From Phoronis australis (Eukaryota; Animalia; Phoronida): a DNA stretch of 64,000 bases. Under the pieces are notes generated by a model. The model was not told the DNA's origin and did no database searches. It worked only from the letters and a program-made list of their open reading frames with translations. Location: assembly GCA_002633005.1 (NCBI GenBank), contig NMRA01000056.1, positions 961,521-1,025,520 on the forward strand, written 5' to 3'. The position numbers and the translations under genes were made by a program. The first letter of the stretch is position 1. Each line of letters starts with the position of its first letter. Positions 44,320-63,329 of the stretch are shown here, in pieces.

Positions 44320-45797
44320 AGTAAAGTGCCACCCGATTTAATTAGTCCTTTTTACCGTCTTAATCGGTCTATATCCACATTGCCTCTTATACGGTCGACC
44401 TCACCTTGCCGAGATGTGTCGCGTTAACCTGTGAGGAAGGTGAGAAGCGACGCAGTGACGTCAGTGGTTCGTCTGCAGAATGATTGCCGCTACACTGCGG
44501 TGCATCGGTTCCCGCTTGTCCGAACTATGAAGTCGTTTTTTCGACTTCCTCGAGAGCCTGAAATGCTTAGGACGTGGGTCGCGGTAGTGAAGAATGAAAG
44601 GTATGCTGTTAATAGCAAACTGAGGCCGTGGAACATCTCCGTGTCTGTGGCCGGCATTTCGTAGACCTTCGACGTATTCCACTCAGCTTACCAAAGAACT
44701 CTCCATACGTTCCGTTGCCTATGCATGTTCACGGCGCTTCTCTAGTATTTCTTGATCAGTGTATTCCGGTTCGAACTGATAGCCTGTGAAACCTAACGAT
44801 CCGACCGCGGTGAAGTCTTCGTCGGATGAGCTCTTGATTAATTGTTGCCGGTGTCGCTTGAAATTTCTTCCCAATCCGACTTTGCGCATGCGCACTGGAT
44901 TGGCCAGGTTGGCATCCGGTCTTGAGAGCGTGAAATATCTTCTCAGGGCACTTCTGTACGCTACTGTGAGACAGTTGAGTCGTTGTCTGCTACGAACACG
45001 AATATTCCAGACGTTTTTTTGCAAAGATGCATGATCTCAAGTATAGTGAGAGTGACGTGAAGGTTGCCTTATAGACGTTTATTATTCTGCGTTCTCACTG
45101 AGTGTTTCAAAATGAATTATTCTCATCCTAACCAATGCTTATATGAAACTGAAACAAAGTCTGTCTCATTAGATACAATCTGTAATGCAATAAGTTGGAG
45201 TGCTCGTGAGTGCAAATGTTTTGAGAAGCCATCTTATGAATGAACCACTGCGTTACCGGCTTTTGATGCCAGCACCGAGGTTGTGTCAGCGCATGAATTC
45301 AATGAAGTTGTTGTGAAACAATTACTGGATTTTATATGCTATGGTCACATGTTAGGTGAATCTTTATTTAGAAATACAACTACATTTTGAGTCAAATCAT
45401 TGTTACTGTACAACCTTTGCCCTGACGGTCTGTGGAAGGGGAACTTCGCGGCCCCCGACAAGTAAGTAGATTTTCAGATTCGTGGCTAATTCACATAAAT
45501 AATTATGTGCACATTATTTCTTTGGCTCCTTATTATAGTCTTTTCGTGACTGGAGGTTTAGTTTCCAACTCAAGCTGGTTTATGTTCGTGCCAGTCCCGG
45601 CGGACGCGACGGGCTTGATCGGGTTCCGAGCCACTCTGGCCGGGATAACAAACGTTTTGTGTGTTTAGAACTAAAAAAAAATCACAAGTTTAAACAACAC
45701 AGATGTAGGTTCTCCTGTCTGTATTTCACGGAAGAATACTTCGAATTTATCTCCGAACAGACCCCATGCTCCTGCTACGGCATTACCCTTGGTAAAT
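44320..45797 (+). mobile_element. Second (right-end-deleted) copy of the Kolobok-type element
   Basis: TTAA|AGTAAAGTGCCACCC left end. Aligns to 48461-49960. THAP is frameshifted. GFTGYQFEPEYTDQEILEKRR on - (ORF 44719-45024). Confidence 0.65.
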
Positions 45798-46923
45798 CAG
45801 TTTTGGTTGGTACCTCGAATATCTAGCTAGCTCATTTTTGGGCTCTTTGTAAGGCCCCCAGGAGTCACACCCAAAGTGCAGACAACGGCAGACGTCCATT
45901 TCTGTACATACTGAGGTGGACTTTAAATGCTCCCGTGGTCAGATGTTGGTACCTCGTTCATGTATACTAAGTGCTCTGGGTTGCCGGTCTAAATGTTGTC
46001 AGACTGACAAATTTCCCAGTGATCGCCAATGGTTTGGCGGATGATACAAACGGAACTGCCACAAACAGAAACCAACCTTTATCCTTGGTTAGTTATTACT
46101 AATTAGTCATGAGAATGTAATGTCTTAGAATATATGTGACAAACAGAGTTATATCAAAGTAACATGTGGGTGAGACTTTTTGTTTATGGATGTGACTAAA
46201 TTGATTTAAATTTCTTCCAGTGTTTTTCCATTGGATGCTGCCTTGTCCAAATTGCTCTCGTTTTGTCTATATTTTTTGTGATTTTTGTCCGTTTCTGGGA
46301 AGAAGGCAATTTCCTATTTACCCATAGCACGAGTTACAGAGTCATCGATAACAACATCCCACTAACCGTATAGTAGGCATTAGGTAGGACAGTTTTCGGC
46401 GTTGGGGTGGGGAAGCGGAAAAAGTCTCCATTGACAGTAATTTGACCGCAGCTAACTCATATTACTCGTGAAACAAAAATTTTAACCAGATCTTGTGTAT
46501 TCTTGTGTATCTCATGACTGGGATCGTTTAAGTCATGACTAAAGAGCTGTAGGCTTTATATAAGTCAATCAACTAGAGCCTTGATAAAATCCCAATTATG
46601 CAAATGAAATGACTGGCTGAAAGGTGACTATGGCAAATCGATCCCTAGTCATATCTTCGTCATAATTACAATGGTTCTTTAACGTGACTAATACTACACG
46701 ACTAATATTTTACTAAAATATGCCTAACCTAAGGTAAGGGAAACCAAATAGAACTGTACAAACGTGGGCAGATGTCTCGACGTTACTGACAGGATCACAT
46801 TTGTTAAATTTTATGAAGCTGTATTAAGGACCTTTACAGACATTGAGGCTCACTCAACTTGAAAGTTAAGGCTTACTAGTCTAACGTGGACTGACGATTC
46901 CGTATTGCACGAGACCTGGGCAG

Positions 46924-47075
46924 AGTTCAGTAACGCTAGGATCGACCTACGCTAGGACCTCGCTAAAATCTAGCCATAATCCCGTGTTCCCGTTGAAAAT
47001 ACACGCCAATAGCATACTCTCACGTAATCTCGCGAAGTCATTGCTTTTTAGCGAGGTCGTAGCGTTACTGAACGG
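46924..47075. mobile_element. Small palindromic MITE (also at about 52054-52205 in the duplicate)
   Basis: gttcagtaacgctagga...cctcgctaaaa pairs with ttttagcgaggtcgtagcgttactgaac. Confidence 0.55.
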
Positions 47076-48460
47076 TTGGCATGCGCTGCTCGCAGGTAAT
47101 AATAAAGCTGCCATATATTGGTGACGGCGTTTTTCCCCAAACCGAGCCTAGAGTCGTCTCATCAGAAGAACTTACGGGCCCGGCTTGCATAAGACTACAT
47201 TCCGGTAGGCCTACACAGAATAGCCAACTGCAGCGGCGTTACATTATCCCTCGTTAAACAATGCCTTAGACGTCTTGCAACAATCAAACTGGTATCCGGC
47301 TGATAACTCAGACAAGATTAATAACAATAATTGTCCATTATTAAGTTATTTTTTGATGCTTCGCCTCGTTTTATTTTCTTGGGTCGCTGCATGGTTTTGA
47401 TGTTGTTAACGGAAATGGCCATCTTGGTATAATATTATGAGATAGATTTTAGGGAGAGCCATAAGTCCCGCAATTCGATTTTCCGTATTTAGCTAGGACT
47501 TACAGGGAAACACAGCTTAAACAAAAGACGGTTTATCTCTGTTTTAAATCAGAGAATGCTCTGTCTAGTTGACTTTATCATCCCCGTTTGATACTCAATC
47601 TCACTCCAGGAATTTCATAGAATCATGCACAATCAGCAAATTTGTATGAGTTGCTGGTCTAATGTCATACAGCCACACGGACAGCTGTGATCAACAGAAA
47701 GCAGCTTAATTAGGCAAACCTGCTCACTGCATAAGCATAGCAACTGGACTACTTACAAATTGGACACAATGGTAAGCCTACTGTTGGTTTTCTTAATTGT
47801 TCGAAATATTCGACAAAAGACTCTTCGAAACACAAATCGTGTCACAGATTTCAAAACATTATACATACTTACAATATAGCTGCCGCTTTGGTAAATACTC
47901 CACCCAGCATAAAATTTATAGACACCAAGAATCCAAACTTCCGTGTTTCAGTTTTCAGAGNNNNNNNNNNNNNNNNNNNNNNNNNNNNNNNNNNNNNNNN
48001 NNNNNNNNNNNNNNNNNNNNNNNNNNNNNNNNNNNNNNNNNNNNNNNNNNNNNNNNNNNNNNNNNNNNNNNNNNNNNNNNNNNNNNNNNNNNNNNNNNNN
48101 NNNNNNNNNNNNNNNNNNNNNNNNNNNNNNNNNNNNNNNNNNNNNNNNNNNNNNNNNNNNNNNNNNNNNNNNNNNNNNNNNNNNNNNNNNNNNNNNNNNN
48201 NNNNNNNNNNNNNNNNNNNNNNNNNNNNNNNNNNNNNNNNNNNNNNNNNNNNNNNNNNNNNNNNNNNNNNNNNNNNNNNNTATATTTTCAAAATTATTCA
48301 CCAGTAGTTGAGATTTCTGGGGCTGGCGAGCACAACCCACACTGGGTTTTAACTGTCATAGCGCATTTAGTTTGAATCACATGGAATTGTTTATTGTGGT
48401 ACCCCGAATGAGCACAATTTGTTGTCTGTCATGGGTCATCTGATGGATTATTGGTTTTAA

Positions 48461-50316
48461 AGGAAAATGCCACCCGATTTAATTAGTCTTTTTTACCGTC
48501 TTAATCGGTCTATATCCACATCGTCTCTTATACGGTCGACCTCACCTTGCCGAGAGGTGTCGCGTTAACCTGTGAGGAAGGTGAGAAGCGACGCAGCGAC
48601 GTCAGTGGTTCGTCTGCAGAATGATTGCCGCTACACTGCGGTGCATCGGTTCCCGCTTGTCCGAACTATGAAGCTGCGAAGAAAGCGGGTATATCGTTTT
48701 TTCGACTCCCTCGAGAGCCTGAAATGCTTGGGAAGTGGGTCGCGGTAGTAAAGAATGAAAGTTATGCTGTTAATAGCAAGTATGAGGCCGTGAAACATCT
48801 CCGTGTCTGTGGCCGGCATTTCGTTGACAGTGATTTCTTTGACGAATTCCAGCTTACCAAAGAACTATCCATACGTTCCGTTGCCTATGCATGTTCACGG
48901 CGCTTCTTGATGAGTGTATTCCGGTTCGAACTGATAGTCTGTGAAACCTAACGATCCGACCGGTGAAGTCTAGCTTCGTCGGATGAGCTCTTGATTATTT
49001 GGTGCCGGTGTCACGTGAAATTTCTTCCCCGTGAAATTTCTTCCCAATCCGACTTTGCGCATGCGCAGATTGGCCAGGTTGGCATCCGGTCTTGAGATCG
49101 TGAAATATCTTCCCAGGACACTTCTATGCATGATCTCAAATACAGTGAGAGTGACGTGAAGGTTGCCATATAGACCTTTATTATTCTGCGTTCTCAGTGT
49201 TTCAAAATGAATTATTCTCATCCTAACCAATGCTTATATGAAACTGAAACAAAGTCTGTCTCATTAGATACAATCTGTAATGCAATAAGTTGGAGTGCTC
49301 GTGAGCCTGATGGCAGTGTTTTGAGAAGCCAGCTTATGAATAAACCACTGCGTTACCGGCTTTTGATGCCAGCACCGAGGCTGTGGTGAGCGCATGAATT
49401 CAGTGTTTCTGACAGAAAGCTGTTGTGAAACAATTACTCGATTTTATATGCTATGGTCACATGTTAGGGGAATCTTTATTTAGAAATACAACCACATTAT
49501 TCAAATCATTGTTACTGTACAACCTTTGCCCTGACGGTCTGTGGAAGGGGAACTTTCGTGGCCCCCGACAAGTAACTTGAAGTAGATTTTCAGTTTCGTG
49601 GCTAATTCACATAAATAATTATGTGCACATTATTTCTTTGGCTCATTATTATAGTCTTTTCGTGACTGGAGGTTTAGTTTCCAACTCAAGCTGGTTTATG
49701 TTCGTGCCAGTCCGACGGGCCTGATCGGGTTCAGATCGAGCCACTGGCCGGTATAACGAGTCAGCCCGCCCGCGACGGGCCTGATCGGCTTCCGAGCCAC
49801 TGGCCGGGATAACAAACGTTTTGTGTGTTTAGAACTAAAAAAAATCACGAGTTTAAACAACACAGATGTAGGTTCTCCTGTCTGTATTTCACGGAAGAAT
49901 ACGTCGAATTTATCTCCGAACAGACCCCATGCTCCTGCTACGGCATTACCCTTGGTAAATTGGCCTGCCGAACTTAGTAGGCTACGGTGAGTCCAAATAC
50001 CAGTAAATCCGTAACAGCGAAATAAAACAACACGTTTTATAAGAACTCAGTGTATTTTTAAGGGTTTTACATCGAAGTTTGATGATTTATTGGTGTTAAA
50101 CGATGAATTCAGGCGATAAGCTGACACCACTAACCCGTGTTGTGAACTGCGGAACAGACTGCGTGTGAAACCAATTACGTCGTTGGATAATTTCAACACC
50201 TCTGTCTGCCGTCAGGTGTGAGGTAACGCAACTGAACGTGCCGTTATCGAGTAGAACTACTCAGTCGATCTATGAAATTGATACAAAATAGGTTGTTTTT
50301 TGGGTGGCATTCTCTT
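48461..50316 (+). mobile_element. Non-autonomous Kolobok-type element nested in the Academ subterminal repeat
   Basis: TTAA|AGGAAAATGCCACCC ... GGGTGGCATTCTCTT|TTAA. Contains a THAP fragment on + and a convergent YQFEP-type fragment on -. The flanks rejoin into the host repeat unit. Confidence 0.72.
48625..48951 (+). pseudogene. THAP zinc-finger fragment (transposase N-terminus)
   Basis: C..SVPAC...SFFRLPREPEMLGKW...LRVCGRHF matches the C2CH THAP signature. No intact ATG in frame and no catalytic domain follows. Confidence 0.8.
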
Positions 50317-53300
50317 TTAAGTCAGTTTTAGCCGGTATCTAATGTACCTCAAAGTTTCGATAGCATGTACTGTGGTTGAGATTTTTTGAGGGTTTCTGCC
50401 AGCGGGCACAATCCATGAGAGTCGTATTTTGTCTGTCATACGGCATTTATTGACCTGTGACCCTCATGGAATTCAGGGTTTTGTGTGCAGGAATCTCGAA
50501 TGTATGTGCTAGCTCATTCTTGTGGGGGTCCTTTTTTGGTTTCTGCCGAACCCATTTCAGAGTGCAGTTTGTCTGTCATGGGTCATTCAATGTTCAGTGC
50601 GATACTATTGTTCATTTAAAATCAGTTTTGGCCGGTACCTCGAAAATCTAATCTAGTTCAAATTTTGATGGCATACCGTGGTTGAGATTTTTGGGGGTTT
50701 CTGCCGGGCACAATCCAGAGTGTAATTTGTCGGTCATAGGGCATTTAGCGATCTGTGACATATGTATTGAATCATATGGAATTGGTTTTGTGTGGTACCT
50801 CGAATGTATGTGCTAGCTCATTTTGGGGGGTCCTTTTTTGGTTTCTGCCCTACCCATTCCAGAGTGCAATTTGTCTGTCATGGGTCATTCGGTGTTCAGT
50901 GCGGTACTGTTGTTCATTTTAAATCAGTTTTGGTTGGTACCTCGAATATCTAGCTAGCTCATTTTTGGGCTCTTTGTAAGGCCCCCAGGGGTCACACCCA
51001 AAGTGCACTACACTACCTGTAGTGCACTTTGGGTAACGGCAGACGTCCATTTCTGTACATACTGAGGTGGACTTTAAATGCTCCCGTGGTCAGATGTTGG
51101 TACCTCGTTCATCTATGCTAAGTGCTCTGGGTTGCCGTTCTAAATGTTGTCAGACTGACAAATTTCCCAGTGATCGCCAATGGCGGGTTTGGCGGATGAT
51201 ACAAGCGGAACTGCCACAAACAGAAACCAACCTTTATCCCTGGTTAGTTATTACTAATTAGTCATGAGAATGTAATGTCTTAGAATATATGTGACAGACA
51301 GAGTTACATCAAAGTAACATGTGACTTTTTGTTTATGGATGTGACTAAATTGATTTGAATTTCTTCCAGTGTTTTTCCATGGGATGCTGCCTTGTCCAAA
51401 TTGCTCTCGTTTTGTCTATATTTTTCGTGATTTTTGTCCGTTTCTGTGAAGAAGGCAATTTCCCTATTTACCCAGAGCACACGTTACAGCGTCATTGATA
51501 ACAACCACTAACCGTATAGTAGGCATTAGGTAGGACAGTTTTCGGCGTTGTGGTGGGGAAGCGGAAAAAGTCTCCACTGACAGTAATTTGACCGCAGCTA
51601 ACTCATATTACTTGTGAAACAAAAATTTTAAGCAGATCTTATGTATTCTTGTGTATCTCATGACTGAGATCGTTTAAGTCATGGCTAAAGAGCTGTAGGC
51701 TTTATATTAGTCAATCAACTAGAGCCTTTGATAAATCACAATTTGCAAATGAAATGACTGGCTGAAAGGTGACTATGGCAAATCGATCCCTAGTCATATC
51801 TTCGTCATAATTACAATGGTTCTATAATGTGACTAATACACGACTAATTTTATACTAAAATATGCCTAACTTAAGGTAAGGGAAACCAAATAGAACTGTA
51901 CAAACGTGGGCAGATATCTCGACGTTATTGACAGGATCACATTATGAAGCTGTATTAAGGACCTTACAGATATTGAGGCTCACTCAACTTGAAACTTAGG
52001 GCTTTCTAGTCTAACGTGGACTGACGATTCGGTATTGCACGAGACCTGGGCAGAGTTCAGTAACGCTAGGATCGACCTACGCTAGGACCTCGCTAAAATC
52101 TAGCCATAATCCCGTGTTCCCGTTGAAAATACACGGCAATGGCATACTCTCAAGTAATCTCGCGAAGTATTGCTTTTTAGCGAGGTCGTAGCGTTACTGA
52201 ACGGTTGGCACTACTCGCAGGTAATAATAAAGCTGTCATATATTGGTGACGGCGTTTTTCCCCAAACCCAGCCTAGAGTCGTCTCATCAGAAAAACTTAC
52301 GGGCCCGGCTTGCATAAAACTATATTCCGGTAGGCCTACACAGGATAGCCAACTGCAGCGGCGTTACATTATCACGCGTTAAACAATGCCTTAGACATCT
52401 TGCAACAATCAAATTGGTATCCGGCTGATAACTCAGACAAGATTAATAACAATAATTGTCCATTATTAAGTTATTTTTTAATGCTTCGCCTCGTTTTATT
52501 TTCTTGGGTCGCTGCATGGTTTTGATGTTGTTAACGGAAATGGTCATCTTGGTATATTATGAGATAGATTTTAGGGAGAGCCAAAAGTCCCAATTCGATT
52601 TTCCGTATTTAGCTAGGACTTACAGGGAAACACAGCTTAAACAAAAGACGGTTTATCTCTGTTTTAAATCAGAGAATGCTCTGTCTAGTTGACTTTATCA
52701 TCCCCGTTTGATACTCAATCTCACTCCAGGAATTTCATAGTCACAATCAGCAAATTTGTATGAGTTGCTGGTCTAATGTCATACAGCCACACGGACAGCT
52801 GTGATCAACAGAAAGCAGCTAAATTAGGCTAACCTGCTCACTGCATAAGCATATCAACTGGACTACTTACAAATTGGACACAATGGTAGGCCTACTGTTG
52901 GTTTTCTTAATTATTCGAAATATTCGACAATTAAAAGACTCTTCGAAACACAAATCGTGTCACAGATTTCAAAACATCATACATACTTACAATATAGCTG
53001 CAGCTTTGGTAAATACTCCACCCAGCATAAAATTTATAGACACCAAGAATCCAAACTTCCGTGTTTCAGTTTTCAGAGCAATTTGATAAGTTCCTCCTCC
53101 GACATCCTTGCCAGCACGGTGACATAGCCATTATGTGCGGGAATTCCAGTAGATTACGGCTAGCTAACACGTCACACAGATAAGACTTTTAACACTGCAT
53201 GGCCAAGAGAACTAATTATCACTAGACTGATTGTCTCTAATATCTGGGGTGAGGATTTGAAGGGCAAAAGAGCAGCGATACGGGCACTGCTCTTATGAAG

Positions 53301-56300
53301 TCATGTGCAGATTTTTGTCGGGAACTGCATGACCTGACCAGAAAGTCCGTGCATTGAGTAATGTACAGAGAAACCAAAAAACATAACAATTAATTCGCTA
53401 TGAATCCTTCCATTGTTTTCAAATTTGGTAGACTTAGCTTCTGTTTCTGATGACCTTTCAACAAAAATTTTAACCGGTTTTATACGAATCAAATTGCAAT
53501 GATCATTATTCTTTCCAAAAGAATAAGAATTTGAAAGGATACTAAACCCTGCCTTAACGATTTCATCCAATCACCTACTAATGGTTTAAATCTTGAAGGG
53601 TAGCATCAGGAATCGGCTAGCGACTCATTCTCTCCGTTACAATATTGTTCTTAGCTGGTGGTCTTTCCCCACAGTTGTCGCGTAAATTCACCAGAAGTGT
53701 AGGTCACGCTTGCCCGTTTAGCAATTGACTTTGAAACAGTTTTTCTCCAAACATTTGAGGGTTGCCGAGGTTACAAAGCATTATTTTGTTTAAGAAAACT
53801 AGATGAGAACGTTATTTTAAATATCTGTTCCTAGTCCAGAACCGGGTTTGGTATCCTTTAGAAATTATTTCCATAATTTTGTGTTTTTGTAGTCACCTTT
53901 TCCCTTGACAACTGAGACTAACACGCCGTGACCAGCAACTTAATGGGCGTGGTCTTAAGCAATAATGACCTGTCAGTTTTTCTCGAGCCCAGAAATCATT
54001 CATTTGAGAAGGGATCAAAATGAGATCGGCGGATTTTGCCAATGGTAATCAAAGTTGGGTTTTGACAGAGACTGCCGGCTCGTTTTCCTTTCAAATCGGT
54101 ATAAGTACTTTTTTCTAGAAATACGAAGTGTGCACATTCGAATTTTGGACTTAGTGCCAAACTGTTATTCTGTCATGCGAACACACCTTTTAGTAATATT
54201 TTGGAAAACTTAAAAGGAGCAATTATATGAGTATTTATTGTGAATCAAATACAAAGCAAGTTACAGATACATAGGAATAAAATAACCCTACTCTACAGCC
54301 ACGGAAAACCCATAGTACCCGGACTCTGTCAACACCACATAATATTGTATGAGTAAAATTCCTCACAAAAAGCATGTGGAGAAGAAAATACTTTCCAAGT
54401 CTTCATAAACGACACACGCTGTAGAGCAAAGTCACTCCATTAGCCAAGTTAAGTTACAAAATTTGGAAACCACTGTATTCTAAATGCAAAAATGTAAAAC
54501 GTGGCCTAAATTAAAATCAAGTTTGTTTCTCCTTGCCCAACCCAAACCATGAAAGAAAAAGAATTACACCAGACTACCTACCTATCTGACAGTGCGGGTA
54601 GGGCGACAGGAAACAAAAATATTTTACTAGCATCCCCACGGATTGGAGTGAACAGTCTAGATACTATAAATCAGAAAGAAATTTTAGGCACGTTTATGTA
54701 ACGAGTGTAGCAGAATAATGAGCGATTATGATGAGCATTACATTCAAATAAAAACCTGCTCTAACACTACAACAGATATACGGCATAAAACAATAGAGCG
54801 AGAGACAGGACACTTTGTGTTAATTTAAAACCAAGCTTAACCAAAGCCTCAGTCCCATATAGGTGTTTAATCTTCCACGTTGCCAGCAAATCGAAAGGTT
54901 CATTCCAGGCGCTTCACATTTTCAGGAAGCCACCGACCATTCACGTGCGTAAGACAACATTCCATGTTCTAACGTAAAAACGCCAACTTTTTTCACAAGC
55001 TCATTCATTCTTCCAAAGCAATAGTGGTTATATTCTCATCCTTTGTTTGGATAAAAATTTCAACAAATTGCCTGGCATTTCCCTTGGGGACGTACTGACA
55101 TGGAATCGGAAGCTAACCCCACGTGACGAGCAACTAAAGGAGGCTTGCCCTAAAACAATAAAAGGTCTATCAGTTATTCTCGTGCCTAGCAACGGTCCAG
55201 TTTCTGATCTGAGCAAGTTACCATCATCACACCGATTTTTTAACAGAAAGAGACCTAAATCAAACATTTAGACAGAAGACAAGGGCTTAGTGCCCATATA
55301 ACACACTTATGGCCACTGACATTTCTCAGAATCCACCAGGTAAGTAGCGAGAGAATAAGCTTCTCCTTCTGTTTGTGTTAGAGATTTCTTAAATGTTCAA
55401 TTCCATCCAGTCATACAGGACAGTAATCAAAGACAGATGTTTTAGGTATTTCACAAGTTCACAATGATGAGAATAACAATAAAACTATATCAGGGCAGTC
55501 CAATAAAATTAGGAAATAATGAACAACAAAGTCTGTTTCATTATCAACCATGTCCAATACCCTGTGACTACAACTCACAACTTTTTTGAAGCTTACAAAT
55601 TCAACTTTTGTTACAATGGCGGGACTTAATTTCCATTGCCAAGAAGAGCACTAAAGTTATAAATAAAAACACATTAGGATATGACTCTGGCTGGAACAGC
55701 AGTTGTTCACCTATTGAGCACACAACATGGCAATCAAGTTGATATTCATTTTGTCAAATTTGGGTCAATCATTTACATAATTTGTACCGGGATGATGTCA
55801 CAAAAACAACACATGGCGAAGTTTCCCTTATTGACAGTAAGCTAATCAGCAACTGAAAATGGAAAAATGACACAGTTTTTGCAAGTATTCTGTTAGTAAA
55901 ATGTGTGAAGCATTATTGAACCTACTAACAGAATCACAGTTAATTCTTGATTCCAACGAAATATTGAAATCTATGTTACTATGGCAGTAATATATTTGTG
56001 CCCAATCTGACAGGCTGACTTAGCACATTTCTCGATTTTGCACTTTACAGTCAGTGGAGTGGAAACACAGCTTTAAGAAAATCATCTGACCCTAGAATGC
56101 AGTCAATATTGTGCAAAGGCAAGAAATAATTAAATGGAAGACAAACTCTCATTCAAAAGATTGGTAACCTAACAAATATTAAAAAAGTTTGAATATTCTC
56201 AAACCGCAGAAGTGTGAGTTTCCAGTCATGCTAACAGAGTTTGCAGCAACACTAGTTAGATGTTTTACATGTTAACATTACATGATTAACCTAGAGGACA

Positions 56301-57208
56301 TTATACAACAGAACACTTGTTTCAAACAAGATGAAAACATGTTAAAACGAGCAATTTATTAACAGTGTCTCTACAAGCGGAATGAGGATAAATCACGCAC
56401 CACAATCTCTACCACTGTTGGTGTGTGTACATAGTAACAAAACGTCTGAATCACACCAATATAATCATATGGCCATAAAATACCTCACGTGTAAATTTTA
56501 CAATGAAAGTATCACAACTTGTTTAAAGTCAAGTTCATACAAGACTACTCAGTGATGTAGTTGAAAAGAGAGAAGAGATGTCTACCTACATGGCTACAAA
56601 TGCGACTAAAACATTTCATGATCAAGAAAATAGATAAGTATACAAAAATATGGCCTCCTAAACAACACTGTCCCAAATATACATTCCTGGTTAGACATAT
56701 ACACTTTGAAGTACATAACTAGCAAAATATGTCCATTTTTGGTATCTAGCTGGTGCATGTACACGCAGATTTCCAAAAAAATAAGATTTCTTGCACTCAC
56801 TAGTAATCACTAGAAATTGAAACCAAATTCACTGCTTAGGTCAGTACGACCGAACTTTACGCATACTTTTGCTGAGTCTAAAATATCAATACCTTTGCGA
56901 TCCCAAAGGAAATGGACGAGTGCTGTCAAAGATTGTTGCGTTCAATAGATGACTATTCCACAATCCCACGACCTGACCTTTTTATAAAATCCTCCCCTAG
57001 AGGGCACCATCACATATAGCTTCGATTAAGGGCATCATGAAACAACCGTCAATCTTGCCGAAGATATCTCCTTCACGCAAAGTCATGATGAAAACCGTGA
57101 ACAAAATCGGTCGCAAGTCAGACAACAACTGCTCAAAATCTTGCAAATTTCAAAGTGCCATTTTCTCGAAAGCCACAACTGGATGGCACATACCACTCAA
57201 AAATGGGC

Positions 57209-62841
<5,633 letters not shown>

Positions 62842-63329
62842 CTGGTGAGAGTGAGACAAAAACATTGAGCAAAAGGCATACAATACAAGACAAACGTAAT
62901 CAGACAAAACACCCTTTCCCCACTATGACGACTAATTCTATTAACAGCAAAAACTACTGGCATCAACTATTAGGGCGGCAAACTTTTAACTACAAGATGG
63001 CTTACTTCCTGTTAATTCTCCTTCATTCTTGGTCATCAGGGGAGACTACTCTGACCATGAATTCAGCTTCCGCCCAGCCATCTTGACAGGGAATTCTGGG
63101 TCATTATGTCTGAATACTTTTGGCTTGTACTTGATATTAGTGTTCAAAAAATGACAAATGAATATTTCAACAGGAAAATGACAACCAATACGAGAAAAAA
63201 AATCTTAGCTCATTTTTTAAGATTTTTAATGGATTAACCTAACATAACAAAACCAATGCTATGAAGTTGACATGCATCCAGGGTGTATCTCAAACAATAA
63301 GCTCTAGCGACGCTAGAAAGTGCTACAGT

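Larger units (their letters stand above)
41457..51142. mobile_element. Academ-type DNA transposon derivative with long TIRs (right end present twice, at 45991 and 51142)
   Basis: Termini aat|TAGACCGGCAGCCCAGAGCACTTAG ... CTAAGTGCTCTGGGTTGCCGGTCTA|aat give a 3-bp AAT TSD and TAG..CTA ends. The inverted repeat extends about 800 bp (41457-42260 vs 50330-51142) with subterminal tandem units. An XPG-like remnant lies inside. Confidence 0.75.
44124..53078. repeat. Large near-identical tandem duplication (44124-47960 vs 48281-53078) across an N gap; probable uncollapsed haplotypes
   Basis: Collinear, with scattered SNPs and indels. The copies are separated by the N gap at 47961-48280. Confidence 0.8.

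Noticed and set aside
47797-48375. ORFs spanning the N gap
   Set aside because: Their length comes from Ns.
53851-53858. U12-type donor GTATCCTT (also near 59328)
   Set aside because: Not at any reconstructed exon boundary and lies in repeats. No U12 introns were found in ARMC7 or its neighbours.
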